From Elusimicrobia bacterium GWA2_56_46 (GTDB taxonomy: Bacteria > Elusimicrobiota > Elusimicrobia > Elusimicrobiales > UBA9959), in NCBI GenBank assembly GCA_001799575.1, contig MGTT01000018.1, positions 13,404 through 77,403 on the forward strand: a stretch of DNA of 64,000 nt, in the 5' to 3' direction. Of this stretch, positions 62,300-64,000 are shown piece by piece. How positions within the stretch are numbered: the stretch's first letter is position 1; each line of letters begins with the position of its first letter. The position numbers and the translations under genes were made by a program. The notes under the pieces are model-generated. The model was not told the origin of the DNA and did no database searches. It worked only from the letters and a program-made list of their open reading frames with translations.

Positions 62300-62892
62300 T
62301 ACACTTTTGTTCTCCCTTTCAGGGCGTGGCCTAAGGTCACTTCATCCATGTAGTCTATATCGCCGCCCAGCGGCACGCCGCAGGCGATGCGCGTGATCCC
62401 GGCCACGTAATCCTTTAAAAGCCCGGTGAGATAGATGGCGGTGGTCTCGCCTTCGGTGTCGGGATTGGTGGCGATTATCAGCTCGGTCACCGCGCCGTCG
62501 GCCCGGCGAACCCGCTCGACAAGTTCCTTAAGTTTGAGGCCCTCGGAATTGATACCGTCCATCGGAGAAATTACGCCGTGCAGGACGTGGTAGACGCCGT
62601 TGAAAGTTTTGGCTTTCTCTATGGCCGCCACATCCTGCGTCTGGGACACCACGCAGATAACGAACCGGTCCCTCGAATGATCCGAACAGATCTCGCAGAG
62701 CTCGCCATCCGCGTAGTTGCAGCATTCCCGGCAGTAACCGACCGAATTTTTCACCCCTCTCAGCGCCTCAACCAGCTCTTCTATCTGAATGGCCGGGGTT
62801 TTGACGACGTAAAGGGCGAAGCGTTCCGCCTGCTTGGGGCCGACCCCGGGAAACCGCCTGAAAAGGGTGATGACTTTGTCCAGGGCTTTCAT
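62299..62892 (-). CDS. recR: Recombination protein RecR
   Basis: Contains LFRRFPGVGPKQAERFA, zinc finger CRECCNYADGELCEIC, and Toprim VCVVSQTQDV. 197 aa. ATGA overlap with the dnaX stop. Confidence 0.93.
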   Translation of the reverse strand: MKALDKVITLFRRFPGVGPKQAERFALYVVKTPAIQIEELVEALRGVKNSVGYCRECCNYADGELCEICSDHSRDRFVICVVSQTQDVAAIEKAKTFNGVYHVLHGVISPMDGINSEGLKLKELVERVRRADGAVTELIIATNPDTEGETTAIYLTGLLKDYVAGITRIACGVPLGGDIDYMDEVTLGHALKGRTKV

Positions 62893-64000
62893 TTGATCTT
62901 CTGGATCCTGGTTATGCGGCCGTGGAAAACCTTATTCAGGTGTTTAAGTTCGGACTCTTCCTCCGGCGCGTTCCGCCCGCCGGCGTCTTCCCATTTGAGC
63001 TCGGCGGCCTGGCCGGGCCCCGGAACTTCCGCCGGCTGAGGTATCGCTCCGGGAGCAAGCCCCGCGTCGGAGTACGCATCAGGCTCATCCGCGTCCTGCT
63101 CCAGGACTTCCGCCGTTTCCAACGGCTGCTCCGCGTCCTTATCCGGCGCTGAAGCGGTCCCGGCGTTTTTGTTATGCTCCACCGTCAGGCCTATCCTGCG
63201 TCCGGCCGCGCGCTCAAGAATTTCTTCAAGTTCCTTACCGGCCTTTTCTATGATACCGGCTTCGAACTCATTGGCGGCGGCGAGCTTCCAGGTGTTTTCA
63301 TGGTCAAAGGAGACCCTGACTGAAAGGAGGATATTATAAAGCATGGGTTTTTTGACGGAAACCGCGCCAAGCAGGCGTTTCCAGAGCGCGGAAGAGGGGA
63401 GAACGGCGAGGGATGAGGGATGAGGGATGAGGGATGAGGGGTTAAGGGTCAGGGCAGATTTTTCATTTTTTTTTTGCTGGCCGGCTGAATCCGGAGCGGG
63501 CCAGGCTGCGTCCGGGGCCGGGGCGCCGGAAGCGAGGCGGCTTTCAAGCGCTTCGAGCCTTTTTACCAGGGCGTCCAGATCCTGCGGCGTTTCGATCAGG
63601 GTAAAAAGGGCTATCTCCGCGGCCAGGGCCGGGGAATCGGAAAATTTAACCTCGTCTATGACGGCGTTGAGCTTCCTGGAAAGCCGAGCCAGGGCAAGCG
63701 GGGAACAGTCCTTTTCCAGAACCGCCGACAGCGCCGTCGGGACTTTTGAGAATCCCTGGAGATGGAGAAAGGTCTCGGAAAGCGTGTTGCGCAGATCCCG
63801 CAGGATCGTTATGGGATCATAACCTTCCCTGGAAATCTTCTCAAAACCGGCGTAAAGGGCGGCCGCGTCCCTTTTGACGAGCGCAAGAGCCGCGTCCCTT
63901 ATCAGGTCGGGGCCGGCGTGGCCCAGAAGCTCGTTCAGAACGTCCAATTCCACCGAACCCTTGCCGAATGAAGCGGCGCGGTCAAGCAGCGTCAGGGCGT
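62889..64000 (-). CDS. dnaX: DNA polymerase III subunit tau/gamma, C-terminal part (N-terminus outside window)
   Basis: The frame stays open to position 64000 (ALTLLDRAASFGKGSVELDVLNELLGH...), covering domain III then a low-complexity linker and the C-terminal region. The track start at 63953 is an internal GTG. Confidence 0.85.
   Translation of the reverse strand, partial: ALTLLDRAASFGKGSVELDVLNELLGHAGPDLIRDAALALVKRDAAALYAGFEKISREGYDPITILRDLRNTLSETFLHLQGFSKVPTALSAVLEKDCSPLALARLSRKLNAVIDEVKFSDSPALAAEIALFTLIETPQDLDALVKRLEALESRLASGAPAPDAAWPAPDSAGQQKKNEKSALTLNPSSLIPHPSSLAVLPSSALWKRLLGAVSVKKPMLYNILLSVRVSFDHENTWKLAAANEFEAGIIEKAGKELEEILERAAGRRIGLTVEHNKNAGTASAPDKDAEQPLETAEVLEQDADEPDAYSDAGLAPGAIPQPAEVPGPGQAAELKWEDAGGRNAPEEESELKHLNKVFHGRITRIQKIK
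63408..63456. repeat. Heptamer-periodic array R13 inside dnaX
   Basis: GAGGGAT x4, then GAGGGGT TAAGGGT CAGGGCA. Encodes ...LTLNPSSLIPHPSSLAV... in frame, 10 nt downstream (on the mRNA) of the A10 run. Confidence 0.85.
63466..63475 (-). promoter_or_regulatory. A10 slippery run inside dnaX (candidate tau/gamma recoding site)
   Basis: The minus strand reads CAG CAA AAA AAA AAT GAA AAA TCT GCC CTG ACC. The -1 frame hits TGA immediately after the run, and the +1 frame hits TGA five codons later. Confidence 0.45.

Noticed and set aside
1-64000. A search for tRNA, rRNA, tmRNA, RNase P, riboswitches, and IS, transposase, integrase or prophage genes.
   Set aside because: I inspected every spacer longer than 60 nt by eye (for example 17325-17520, 40677-40904, 43249-43363, 48353-48493, 52409-52811, 53307-53889 and 59370-59687). 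I saw no cloverleaf-compatible sequences, T-loop GTTCGAATC-type boxes or familiar riboswitch cores. This is not definitive without tRNAscan or Infernal.

Overview
A 64 kb chromosomal window from a GC-rich bacterium (about 60% GC, judged by eye). The envelope signals are diderm: a beta-barrel OMP ending in F, lipobox lipoproteins, AnmK and an SLT. The oxidative-stress genes are of the anaerobe type. I call 59 CDSs at high coding density, with many 1-4 nt start/stop overlaps. I recognised no rRNA, tRNA, CRISPR array, transposase, integrase or prophage genes.

Gene content, left to right:
- GT4 and polysaccharide deacetylase
- rplU-rpmA-obg
- GNAT, squalene/phytoene-synthase-like gene, anmK
- cysE-cysK, argF, and an orphan PAS-GAF histidine kinase
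- An Rrf2-hcp-TIGR02757-rbr-tpx-dfx-rubredoxin stress operon
- A GT39-like membrane glycosyltransferase and glnA
- A 14.4 kb, 12-gene minus-strand supercluster. It holds two paralogous three-subunit xanthine-dehydrogenase-family molybdoenzymes, xdhC, mocA, an embedded OMP and an exported TldD/PmbA-like pair.
- A visibly AT-richer Type I R-M island: HTH-hsdM, a YhcG-like nuclease, hsdS, hsdR and an M48/DUF45 gene
- Two amidohydrolases flanking a fused DPD-like oxidoreductase
- dinB, envelope genes and radC
- A poorly characterised accessory patch (51.6-55.3 kb)
- tcdA-tatD-recN-nadK, comEC, recR and partial dnaX

Most unusual observations:
1. Degenerate arrays with 7-nt periodicity at 14 or more loci. 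Some lie in frame inside CDSs, and many form G-tract or inverted-repeat structures.
2. A ~140-nt hairpin-forming repeat family, with compensatory substitutions between copies, clustered around small secreted-protein genes.
3. An A10 run in dnaX with stop codons in both alternative frames, a candidate tau/gamma slippage site.
4. An HTH-HsdM fusion with a perfect 16-bp palindrome over its putative -10 element.
5. An OMP and exported peptidase-like genes translationally packed inside a molybdoenzyme cluster.

All functional calls come from motif recognition by eye. No database search was run.
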